From a virus (Duplodnaviria > Caudoviricetes): a stretch of 61,166 bases of DNA. The translations under genes and the position numbers were made by a program. A model generated the notes under the pieces. The model saw only the letters and a list, made by a program, of their open reading frames with translations. It made no database searches and had not been told where the DNA came from. Of the stretch, positions 25,056 through 33,007 are shown in pieces. How positions within the stretch are numbered: the stretch's first letter is position 1; the number at the start of each line of letters is the position of its first letter. The stretch spans positions 1-61,166 of IMG/VR virus record IMGVR_UViG_3300034161_000007. One strand, written 5' to 3'.

Positions 25056-27353
25056 TCATTGCGGGCCGCCTGGCAGCGGGATGCCCTGCTGCATGTCTTG
25101 GGCCGGGCCTTGCTGCTGTTGCTGGGCCTGTTCCTGTTGTTGCTGCTGCATTTGCTGCTCTTGCATCTGTTGCTGCTGCATCTGCTCTTGCTGCGCGGCC
25201 TGATCCTGCTGCTGTTGCGCCTGGACCTGCTGCGCTTCCTCTTCGGACTTCGAGACAAAGCCCGCTTCGTGCAACAAGGCGTCGGCCACCGGCAGGATGC
25301 CCGGGTTGAGCATGGAAACCTGCGCCGCTTCGACGGCGATCAGCTGCGAATTCATGCTAGTGAGCACGGTGTCGACCATGGTTTTCTGTGCGGTCGTCTC
25401 GTCCTTGATCGACTTGGCGTTGAGGTTGCGCAGCTGCGCCTCGGCCATGATCTGCTGTTGCTTCTGCTGCTCGGCCTGCGCCTGCTCGGCTTGCACTTCT
25501 TCCGGGGTTGGCTCGGTGGCATCGGGGTCGCGCATGCCGGTGATTTGGCGGATGCGCTTCACCATTTCCTCGCCGTTCGGCAGGTCCATTTCCTCAATGA
25601 GTAGATCCAGGAGGACCATCTGCACTTCGGGCGGCAGGGTTGGCATCAGTGCCGCCAGTTCCTCGACCTGGGCCTGACGCAAGGAGGCGCGCCATTCGCT
25701 GTCGCTGATGATGAAATCGGCCTGCGTGCGGGTGATGTTGTTCTCGGGCAGGCCATCGTTGATGTCGATGAAGTCCGGCGTCCCGCGCTGGTTGGTGATG
25801 CGGAACTGTTTCTTGTCGGTGAAATACTGCTCGCACAGGCTCAGGGTGATTTCACCGTCGCACTGGAAGGCGAAGCGCAGGTTGTCGAACAGCTTGGACG
25901 TGGACTTGCTGCCCTGGTCCTGACGCGCCTGAATGGCCACGCCGGACTTGGCGTTGGTGGTCTTGCCCATCTGCTCATCAGTCACGCCCGAGACGGACTG
26001 AATCATGTTGATGGACTGACTCATGATTTGCAGGTGCGCCGGGGCCAGGTCGCGGTCGTTGTCGAGCTTCAGTTCATGATTCTTGCGCTTGATGATCACG
26101 CCGTCAGGGCGGCTGACCTCTTCCATGAACGCGGCCATGTCCGGCACGGCGCCCTCGTCCATGACGACTTTGTTGGTCGACAGGATGAACAGGGCCTTCG
26201 AGGCGCGCTTATTCACGTCGTCCTGAATGTCGCGCATCGAGCGGATCATGCCGTAAGGCATGTTGTCCCGGCCGCGTCGGTAGCCCCACACCGGGATAAA
26301 CGGGTACTTGTTGTGCTTGTACGGGCTGCGACCGTCGTAGCAGATGCCGGTCGTGGTCATGATGCAGATGTTCATGCTCATCATCATGCGGTCAGCCACC
26401 ACCGACTCACCGGCTTGAACAAGCTCCTGGTGGTTCTGGTCCTGCGGGTCGAACACTTGGCCCGAGCGCTGGCCGGCGACGATCTTCTGCACGCGTTCTG
26501 GCTTGCGATACCAGACTTCAATCATGCGCACGCGGCGGCGCTCTACGCTGTGGTCCGACATGCCACGGCCGAGCGAATTCATTTCGTCCTCGGCGTAGTC
26601 CATTACTTCGTCGCCGTTGGCCAGGTCCGTGCCGTAGCGCTCGCTGGAACTGGCCGAGCGTTCAAGCATTTCCTCGCGCTCGGGGAACATGGCAATGGCC
26701 ACGTCCAGGTCAACCCACTTGATGCGGATGACGTAACGGGCGTCGGACAAGTCGAACTCGGTGGACGCGCTGTCCCACAGCATGTTGCGCCACGACTCAT
26801 AGCGGTTATAGATCGGCTCGCCGTTGTCGCGCTCGGTCACGCCCGACTCAATCCAACCCACGCCGACCTTGACCGCATCCTCAAACGAGCGGCTGCGGTT
26901 GAATGGCGTGCGGTTGACGTCGCTCAGGTACTTCATGAGCTGCGTCTTCTTCTGTGCTGGCTTGGCGTCTTCCTTGCCACGCGGCAGCACCTTGAAGTCA
27001 CTGCGCCCGCGCTTCTCGCTACCGATAACCCAGTTGATCGACTGCGTGATGACGTTGTAGCAGATGGCCGCTTGGCCGCGCTCCTTCAGTTCCTCGGCGT
27101 CGGCTTCGGACCACTGATCGTTGTCGTAGTAGTCCTCATCGATAGCCTGCTGGATGCGGTTGCCGTTCTGGCGGTCCAGTTCGCGCTGGTAATAACCGAG
27201 CAGCTTGCAATGCAGCTGGTGGTGCTCGTCATCGTCCAGCGGGTTGCTGGCCGCTTCCTCTACTTCCTCGTACTCGCCCTCGTAATCCTGGCCAACGCGC
27301 GAAGCCAAGCCTTTCTTGATGCGGGTGTGGTCGTCGCTGGCCATATCAAACAC
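25056..27353 (-). CDS. Portal protein (P22-like, long C-terminal Gln-rich extension)
   Basis: DEDYYDNDQW, RGQAAICYN, YPFIPVWG, PYGMIRSMRDIQDDVNKR, SGVAIQARQDQG. Confidence 0.9.
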   Translation of the reverse strand: MFDMASDDHTRIKKGLASRVGQDYEGEYEEVEEAASNPLDDDEHHQLHCKLLGYYQRELDRQNGNRIQQAIDEDYYDNDQWSEADAEELKERGQAAICYNVITQSINWVIGSEKRGRSDFKVLPRGKEDAKPAQKKTQLMKYLSDVNRTPFNRSRSFEDAVKVGVGWIESGVTERDNGEPIYNRYESWRNMLWDSASTEFDLSDARYVIRIKWVDLDVAIAMFPEREEMLERSASSSERYGTDLANGDEVMDYAEDEMNSLGRGMSDHSVERRRVRMIEVWYRKPERVQKIVAGQRSGQVFDPQDQNHQELVQAGESVVADRMMMSMNICIMTTTGICYDGRSPYKHNKYPFIPVWGYRRGRDNMPYGMIRSMRDIQDDVNKRASKALFILSTNKVVMDEGAVPDMAAFMEEVSRPDGVIIKRKNHELKLDNDRDLAPAHLQIMSQSINMIQSVSGVTDEQMGKTTNAKSGVAIQARQDQGSKSTSKLFDNLRFAFQCDGEITLSLCEQYFTDKKQFRITNQRGTPDFIDINDGLPENNITRTQADFIISDSEWRASLRQAQVEELAALMPTLPPEVQMVLLDLLIEEMDLPNGEEMVKRIRQITGMRDPDATEPTPEEVQAEQAQAEQQKQQQIMAEAQLRNLNAKSIKDETTAQKTMVDTVLTSMNSQLIAVEAAQVSMLNPGILPVADALLHEAGFVSKSEEEAQQVQAQQQQDQAAQQEQMQQQQMQEQQMQQQQQEQAQQQQQGPAQDMQQGIPLPGGPQ

Positions 27354-27371
27354 AGGCGTTCTCCTTGAGGA

Positions 27372-27809
27372 TCAGTAGTGGTGATGCAATTCGTGGGTGG
27401 TCTGGCGGCCAGTGTCCTGGTCGGTCAGCGTGGCATCAGCGCCCACGAACGAACCAATCACCGGGCGCGGCGGCATCTGAATCAGGTCTTGCAGGCGACC
27501 GTGAATCGCCTCGGCGATGCGGTGCGTGCGCTGCATGTCGTCGCCAAAACCCAGCAGTTCGCTGAATTCACGTGCGCGTGTGAGCAAGTAACGCGGTTCG
27601 TCGTACAGGTAGGCAGCAGAAAGCGCCACACAGCACGGCTTTGAGCGGATCGATACGCCGTCGAACAGGTTCAGGCGATGCGTCGGCACCAGACACAGCA
27701 CCGGCTCGCACTCGTTGATGTCGGCGCCGTACCAGGTGCCGATGATCGTGATTTCGCCCAGTACATGGGTAAAGGCGCGATTGGTTAGGTCGAGGACGGG
27801 CGCGCTCAT
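27372..27809 (-). CDS. Conserved hypothetical protein before the portal gene
   Basis: ATGA-coupled ORF in the operon. Confidence 0.7.
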   Translation of the reverse strand: MSAPVLDLTNRAFTHVLGEITIIGTWYGADINECEPVLCLVPTHRLNLFDGVSIRSKPCCVALSAAYLYDEPRYLLTRAREFSELLGFGDDMQRTHRIAEAIHGRLQDLIQMPPRPVIGSFVGADATLTDQDTGRQTTHELHHHY

Positions 27810-28405
27810 TCGCTGCCCGCCATAAACACAAGGCTGTCAGTTCGATCACACCACGCGGCGCGATAGGTTGGAATCCGCTCGCCTTCCTCGATTTCCCGAA
27901 GCGACGGATGAACTACCAGAAACGACAGGTCGTTGCGCGACATGGGCATGGGTGGCGACACGGCGAACTCTTTCAGCGCATTGATCACGCGAAGCGCCAG
28001 GCGGTCGACAACGGCATAACCTCGGGCCGACTTCGCAAGCGGCGGCAACTCTTCCTTGGCTTCACCTTCGATCTTCCAGTCACTGGCGAGCATGTCGGTC
28101 TGCGACGGTGCCCACGCGCCAAAGGTGCCAGTCGGGAACGACAGGCACAGCTGCGGGTAACGCATGGCGGTGTGTTCGGCGGCATTGGTGTCGAACAGAC
28201 TCACGCTCACGCCATCGATGGTCTCAACATCGGTCGGCGCGGATTCCATAGCCATCTGAAAACTATGGCCAAGGTATGGACCGTGCACGCTGCCAGGCTG
28301 AAGGAAGGCGTACAGGCCTTTGCCATTCCAGCCGGTGCGCTGTACACGCTTGCCGGACTTGATCGCGCGCAGGGCGTCGCAGAAATTCAGGTTGTTGGTG
28401 GTCAT
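27806..28405 (-). CDS. DUF2829 / Tad2-like protein with C-terminal extension
   Basis: FCDALRAIKSGKRVQRTGWNGKG...WAPSQTDMLASDW signature. Confidence 0.85.
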   Translation of the reverse strand: MTTNNLNFCDALRAIKSGKRVQRTGWNGKGLYAFLQPGSVHGPYLGHSFQMAMESAPTDVETIDGVSVSLFDTNAAEHTAMRYPQLCLSFPTGTFGAWAPSQTDMLASDWKIEGEAKEELPPLAKSARGYAVVDRLALRVINALKEFAVSPPMPMSRNDLSFLVVHPSLREIEEGERIPTYRAAWCDRTDSLVFMAGSE

Positions 28406-28848
28406 TGGGCAGGCGCCTCGAACTTGAACAGCAGCTGACCGAGGATGGCGCCATAGAGCTTCATGGCGTCGAGCTGCATGGTTCGCAGCTTCTGTACGTC
28501 ACCAGCCAGCGAGGCGAACAGCGGCGTAAGCATGAAGGCTTCCAGCTTCTGGATGCGGTCATTGATCTGCGCAGCCTCGGCGACCATGCGCTGCTCATGC
28601 GGTGGCAGGTGGTCGATTTTGCCGACAAGGATGTTGGCGTTCTCGAACTGCTCGGCCGGGCTCCAGCTGATGTAACCCGCATGATCAGGGTGGTTTGGCT
28701 TGCCGCCATCTAGATACTCGACCAGGTAGCCCGCGTCGGCGCCGTTCTCGTCAGCCGGTAGCACCCAGCCGCGGTAGTCGTTGTAGGCCTGGCGGTCCAT
28801 TGGATCGCCCTTCACCAGCTTTGTGCCGATGTACGTCTTGCTCATCAA
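28402..28848 (-). CDS. Two-domain protein: YIGTK...GYLVEY...SWSP domain plus crAss001_48-like helical hairpin
   Basis: N-term KTYIGTKLV...YNDYRGW...GYISWSPAEQFE; C-term LPPHEQRMVAE...KLEAF...QLDAMKLYGAIL. Confidence 0.7.
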   Translation of the reverse strand: MMSKTYIGTKLVKGDPMDRQAYNDYRGWVLPADENGADAGYLVEYLDGGKPNHPDHAGYISWSPAEQFENANILVGKIDHLPPHEQRMVAEAAQINDRIQKLEAFMLTPLFASLAGDVQKLRTMQLDAMKLYGAILGQLLFKFEAPAQ

Positions 28849-30416
28849 GAAACCCTCCAGCTCTTACGGCTACCGCGAACGCTTGCAATGCTCTTCTGCG
28901 GGCCATGGTCGATAAATCCCTGCGCGTGTTGGCGCAAGGCGTCGGCGGCTTCGGTGTGGCCGTCCTTCAGGGGGCGGTCGCTCCACGTCTGCGTCTTGGT
29001 GTTCCAGGCCTTGCGGTACAACTCGATGTGCGCGAGCCCTTCCTTACAGTTTACCTCATCGAACCAGTAGGTGCTAAAAGCGTTACGCGTAGCTTGAATG
29101 CCGTGCTGCAACTCACTGACGCGCTGGACAATTTCGACGCGGCGCAGGCCAAGGTCTTCGAGCATCATCTGCGGTGACTTGCTGACGTCCTCGCCCTGTC
29201 GGATATGGTTGCCGTCGTGCGGCAGGTAGTGCGTGCCCCACACATAGCCGGTCTTTTGCAGTTCGGTGACGAAGTAGCTGTAGGGCTCGACCCATCCCTC
29301 GATGAAACCAATGAAGTTATCGCGCTGGCCCACGCGCTGATGCAGCCAGATGGCCGTGCCGTCGCTGTGGCCGATGTCCCAAAAGGTATTGACCGGCAGG
29401 CCAGGGTGATACGGCACGGTGGTGATGCGCTTCTGCTTGCGTGCGGCAATGAGCTGCATCTTGTAGTAGGTGCCCTCGGTCGACTGCTGGAACGCTTCCT
29501 TGGACGTCGACGGGTACTCTTGCCACATGCGCTCGTCTTGGCCGCCGAACAGTTCGTCGCGGGTAGTGATCCACCAGGCGCGCTGCTCGATGGTGATCGG
29601 CTTGCCCACCTTGCCTTCCAGCTCGTCGAAGTAGCTGTGCTCCTTCAGGCTGATGATCACGCCAGCCGGATCGCAGCGGTAACCGTCCTCGTCGTGCCAT
29701 GGGAAGAAGTGGAAGCGGAACTGCTTGGGGCGCAGCTTGGCGCCTGAGTCGTGCAGCGCCTCGGCACGGTTGGACTTGTCGAAGAAGTCGCCGCCACGGC
29801 CTTCAGCGGTCGACTCGATGAAGATGATCCCGCTATCAGGCACGGCCGGGAACGTACCGGTGACGATTTCCTCGGCTCGATCCGGGTACTTCGCGCAAAT
29901 CTTGCCGTACTCGGAGACGTGCAAGTAATGGATGGTGTCGCCCCGCATCGACGTACCGACCTGAATGGTCGAGCCGTTGGCCAAGGTCATCTCCATCACG
30001 CTGCATGACTTCAGTGGCATCGCTTGGCGCAGCACCTCGGGCAGGCGGTCATAGGCAAAGCGGATCTTCTTGAAGATCTTCTTCGCTGCGTCCTCGGTGT
30101 GAGCCAGCACGCCAAGGTTGAGGTTGGGCGTGAACAGCGCGACGTCGAGAAAGTAAATCTGAATGAAGGTCGTGAAGCCCAATTGGCGGGCCTTGAGGAT
30201 CAGGTTACGAAACCATAGGCGCTTGATCAGCACCGCCTGCGCACGGTTGGGCTTGAACTTGACCACCACGCCGTCAGCGTCGTCGTCATCGTCCTCGCTG
30301 GCGTCCTTGGTCTTGATGTAATACAGGTTCGACATCCGCCAAACCGGGTCGGCGAGCGCGTCCTTGAACTCGTCGGCGGTCATTGCCTCGATGGGTTTGT
30401 AGGCGGAGGCCGTCAT
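28845..30416 (-). CDS. terL: Terminase large subunit
   Basis: Walker A ILKARQLGFTT, Walker B YLHVSE, ESTAEG coupling motif, RNase H FWDIG and EAADALR. Confidence 0.95.
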   Translation of the reverse strand: MTASAYKPIEAMTADEFKDALADPVWRMSNLYYIKTKDASEDDDDDADGVVVKFKPNRAQAVLIKRLWFRNLILKARQLGFTTFIQIYFLDVALFTPNLNLGVLAHTEDAAKKIFKKIRFAYDRLPEVLRQAMPLKSCSVMEMTLANGSTIQVGTSMRGDTIHYLHVSEYGKICAKYPDRAEEIVTGTFPAVPDSGIIFIESTAEGRGGDFFDKSNRAEALHDSGAKLRPKQFRFHFFPWHDEDGYRCDPAGVIISLKEHSYFDELEGKVGKPITIEQRAWWITTRDELFGGQDERMWQEYPSTSKEAFQQSTEGTYYKMQLIAARKQKRITTVPYHPGLPVNTFWDIGHSDGTAIWLHQRVGQRDNFIGFIEGWVEPYSYFVTELQKTGYVWGTHYLPHDGNHIRQGEDVSKSPQMMLEDLGLRRVEIVQRVSELQHGIQATRNAFSTYWFDEVNCKEGLAHIELYRKAWNTKTQTWSDRPLKDGHTEAADALRQHAQGFIDHGPQKSIASVRGSRKSWRVS

Positions 30417-30832
30417 TACAGTCCCTTCTCGATGGCCAGCAAGCGGATGGCGCGCGCATCTTCCAGCGCGTTGTGCGGGATCAGTGACACGGCATCGAGG
30501 TCGCGGCGAATCTCCATGGTCAGCGGTGGCGTGCCGAGGCGCATACCGGGACCAGTGATCAGCGCCTGGCAGAAGTGGGCGATGTCCTCGGGCCAGTCAG
30601 CAATGACGTGGATACTCTCAAACGGGAACAGGAAGGCCATCAGATCATGCTGGAACCACGCCAGCGACGTAGGCTCTTTGCCAAGGATCGGCATCACATG
30701 CTCGGCCACCCACGGGCCGGGGTTATCACACGGCAGCACGCCATAGAACTCGCGGCCATCCTGCGACACCAGCGCCATGCTGATCAGCTCGCCATGGAAC
30801 TCGTTGAACTCACAGTCGATGTACAGGTTCAT
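30416..30832 (-). CDS. DEDDh 3'-5' exo(ribo)nuclease, Rv2179c-like
   Basis: YIDCEF, LISMALV, ADWPED, HNALEDAR. Confidence 0.8.
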   Translation of the reverse strand: MNLYIDCEFNEFHGELISMALVSQDGREFYGVLPCDNPGPWVAEHVMPILGKEPTSLAWFQHDLMAFLFPFESIHVIADWPEDIAHFCQALITGPGMRLGTPPLTMEIRRDLDAVSLIPHNALEDARAIRLLAIEKGL

Positions 30833-31143
30833 TGTGCACTCCAGTCACGCACGGTGACGCGGCGGCGTTCGGGATGGGCATTCCAGTGCAGGCGGTCAGC
30901 TGAAGTTTCAAAGTGCTGGCTATTCATGGTTGAGTTGCAGCGGGAACAGCAAAAGCTGATGCGCACCCCGACCAGCTTGGCGGTGCCGTCCGGGTGATCC
31001 AGGTGCAGGTCATACCAAACGCTCGGCGTATCAGCGTGGTAATTCCAGCGACACAGCAGCTTTCGCCATGCGCGTAGGAGAAAAGCGCAGGCCAATGCCC
31101 CGCGCGACTTCACAGATTTCACACAGGCGCGCGCTTTATTCAT
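30829..31143 (-). CDS. Hypothetical Cys/His-containing protein
   Basis: Coupled ORF between terS and the exonuclease gene. Confidence 0.55.
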   Translation of the reverse strand: MNKARACVKSVKSRGALACAFLLRAWRKLLCRWNYHADTPSVWYDLHLDHPDGTAKLVGVRISFCCSRCNSTMNSQHFETSADRLHWNAHPERRRVTVRDWSAQ

Positions 31144-31918
31144 GGTCAGCCACCGGTTTAAGGACTTTTCCGGCCATTTGCGTCATCAGCGCGACCAGAG
31201 GGTTAGTCGGATCAACGCCGAGATTGATCTTGTCGTTGAACATCCCGAGGTGTCGGGCGATATGTTCGAGCGCCTTCGAGCGATCCTGAATCTTGATTTC
31301 GATCCCGTACTTGGTTTCCTTGGCGGTATCGAACAGCAGGCGAGCAGCAGGCGACAGGTTGCGGGTGTCGGCCAGCTGGACGTGCGGGAAGCCCTGGCCG
31401 AAACACTTAGGGCAGGCAGTGACAGGCGGGCGCGTCGGGTTGTAGCCATAGCCGCCGTTGTCGTTGGGCTCTTCACCGTCGTCGGCCTGCGCGCATTCCT
31501 TCTCGTATTCGTCGGCATCGATCCACTGGTGCAGGTGGTCAATGCCGTAGCAGTGACGGCAGCAGCGGATATGAACCGCGCTCAATTCAGACGAGTCAGC
31601 GCTTGCGATGTCCCACCAGCGACGCAGCACCTTGTCTTGTGTGATGCCTGTGCGTTCGGCTCGCGCATCCATGGCAGCCTTGACCAAGGCCATGACCTTA
31701 TCATCGCTCAGCAAGCGGGCAGAGGTCACATGCGCCGAGTTGGCGGCATAGCCGGCACGGATGGCGGCCTGTGTACCGTTCAGGTCAATGATGTATTCCT
31801 GAATGAAGGCATCACGGCGAGCACTTGGCCGCGACGGGCCTGGCAGCGTGCCTTTGGGCTTGGCCTTCTTGATCTTCTTGCGCTTGGGCGGCGCCTTGGT
31901 CTTGGCTGGTACGGTCAT
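31136..31918 (-). CDS. terS: Terminase small subunit with inserted Zn-binding region
   Basis: FIQEYIIDLNGTQAAIRAGY HTH; CCRHC...CPKC insert; KALEHIARHLGMF; GAGG RBS before ATG 31918. Confidence 0.9.
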   Translation of the reverse strand: MTVPAKTKAPPKRKKIKKAKPKGTLPGPSRPSARRDAFIQEYIIDLNGTQAAIRAGYAANSAHVTSARLLSDDKVMALVKAAMDARAERTGITQDKVLRRWWDIASADSSELSAVHIRCCRHCYGIDHLHQWIDADEYEKECAQADDGEEPNDNGGYGYNPTRPPVTACPKCFGQGFPHVQLADTRNLSPAARLLFDTAKETKYGIEIKIQDRSKALEHIARHLGMFNDKINLGVDPTNPLVALMTQMAGKVLKPVADHE

Positions 31919-31949
31919 GGATAGCCTCGGGTATAGAGTGGAAACAGTA

Positions 31950-31984
31950 GGTTTGATTATCGAACCGTTGCAGGCACTACGCAA
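31950..31984 (-). promoter_or_regulatory. sigma70-like promoter for the packaging operon
   Basis: TTGCGT-N17-GATAAT-CAAACC; 16-mer GTTCGATAATCAAACC identical to the capsid promoter. Confidence 0.65.
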
Positions 31985-31991
31985 CAGGCAT

Positions 31992-32020
31992 AAAAAAGCC
32001 CCGCGGTTGAAGGCGGGGCT
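31992..32020 (-). terminator. Rho-independent terminator closing the tRNA/ncRNA transcript
   Basis: AGCCCCGC...GCGGGGCT stem followed by a T run on the minus strand. Confidence 0.85.
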
Positions 32021-32029
32021 CGATGTCGG

Positions 32030-32712
32030 TCTACCACTCCGGCATGACTCGCGGTGCTGGCGAGCTTTTGTTAGATCACCCTATTAACGACCAACTGGTG
32101 TTTCCTGGTGATCCACGGTCGGATGCAAAGGCCGGCGCTGATCCCCGGCTTGACTATTAGCGACCTTAGTGACACCGGGGTTTCACCGGGGCGAAGGTTT
32201 CAGTCGCTTATTATTGGACTCGCCATGGCCATCTGGGCGCTTACTCACTTTGCCGGCCACGATTCCCGCAATCCATCAGGTCTTACACTTGCCCATCAGC
32301 CTGGGCGTTCATCTGCATCTGAGAGCTGTCAATGGCTCGTCACTTGAGGACGAAACAAGCCCGCTCCTGTCCTACGTCGTGGTAGCCCTACGGGGTCTCC
32401 CGGCTTTCCACTCACACAGGCATCTTGGACCACGGACAGCTTTCAGATACAGCCTGGACTTACAGCGGCACAAACCCGCGCGCGGGACCGCATCCCAGGA
32501 CAGCACTGAATACAAACGGCCGGGGCTCTATCCGGCTTATCGCCAATCTTTCATCTGTATCGCTGTGTGATCGTCACCATTACGGGCCAAGGGTATCTTT
32601 CGACCTAACCTCGACCCCAGGGGACCGAACCCTGTAGATCACACAGCTGTTAAAGACGGTGTGCCGCATGTGCGGGCTGGCAGCTGGGGAGCCGCGACTT
32701 TGCTTCAGGATA
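32030..32712 (-). ncRNA. Putative structured ncRNA array downstream of the tRNAs
   Basis: No credible ORF; successive long closing helices (32562-72/32637-47 11 bp perfect; 32313-30/32435-52 18 bp with one G-U and one mismatch; 32122-29/32312-19; 32074-80/32107-13). Confidence 0.6.
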
Positions 32713-32788
32713 TGGCTGACATGCATGGACTCGAACCATGGACCCCTCCGTTAACAGCGGAGTGCTCTACCAACTAAGCTACACGTCA
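32713..32788 (-). tRNA. tRNA-Asn(GTT)
   Basis: Cloverleaf, CT-GTT-AA loop, GGTTCGAGTCC T arm, encoded CCA. Confidence 0.95.
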
Positions 32789-32791
32789 ATT

Positions 32792-32877
32792 TGGCGGGTG
32801 GTGCACGATTTGAACGTGCGGATCTTTCAACCTACGGCTTAGCAAGCCGCTGCCTTCGGCCACTCGGCCAACCACCC
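32792..32877 (-). tRNA. tRNA-Ser(GCT)
   Basis: TT-GCT-AA loop, long variable arm, G discriminator, CCA. Confidence 0.92.
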
Positions 32878-32884
32878 TTAAACT

Positions 32885-32961
32885 TGGCGCAATTGGCGGG
32901 ACTTGAACCCGCGACCTCTCGCGTGACAGGCGAGCGCTCTAACCAGCTGAGCTACAACTGC
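32885..32961 (-). tRNA. tRNA-Asp(GTC)
   Basis: CT-GTC-AC loop, GGTTCAAGTCC, CCA. Confidence 0.95.
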
Positions 32962-32963
32962 AA

Positions 32964-33002
32964 GGAGTGGTTATTGTAGCTAACCACTCCAGGTATTGCC
33001 AA
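32964..33002 (-). promoter_or_regulatory. Promoter of the tRNA cluster within a perfect 10-bp inverted repeat
   Basis: TTGGCA-N18-TACAAT; GGAGTGGTTA-N7-TAACCACTCC brackets the -10. Confidence 0.6.
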
Positions 33003-33007
33003 CTAAC

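Noticed and set aside
25090-25235. CAG-rich repeats in the portal (and SSB, ~48225-48345) as a repeat array or CRISPR
   Set aside because: They encode Gln-rich linkers; there is no repeat-spacer structure. No CRISPR array was seen anywhere in the window
32792-32877. Possible amber-suppressor tRNA (CTA in the loop TTGCTAA)
   Set aside because: The centred anticodon of the 7-nt loop is GCT, giving an ordinary tRNA-Ser; genes also use TAG as a normal stop
32108-32979. Plus-strand ORFs over the tRNA/ncRNA region
   Set aside because: No RBS or recognisable protein features; they overlap tRNAs and long RNA helices on the other strand
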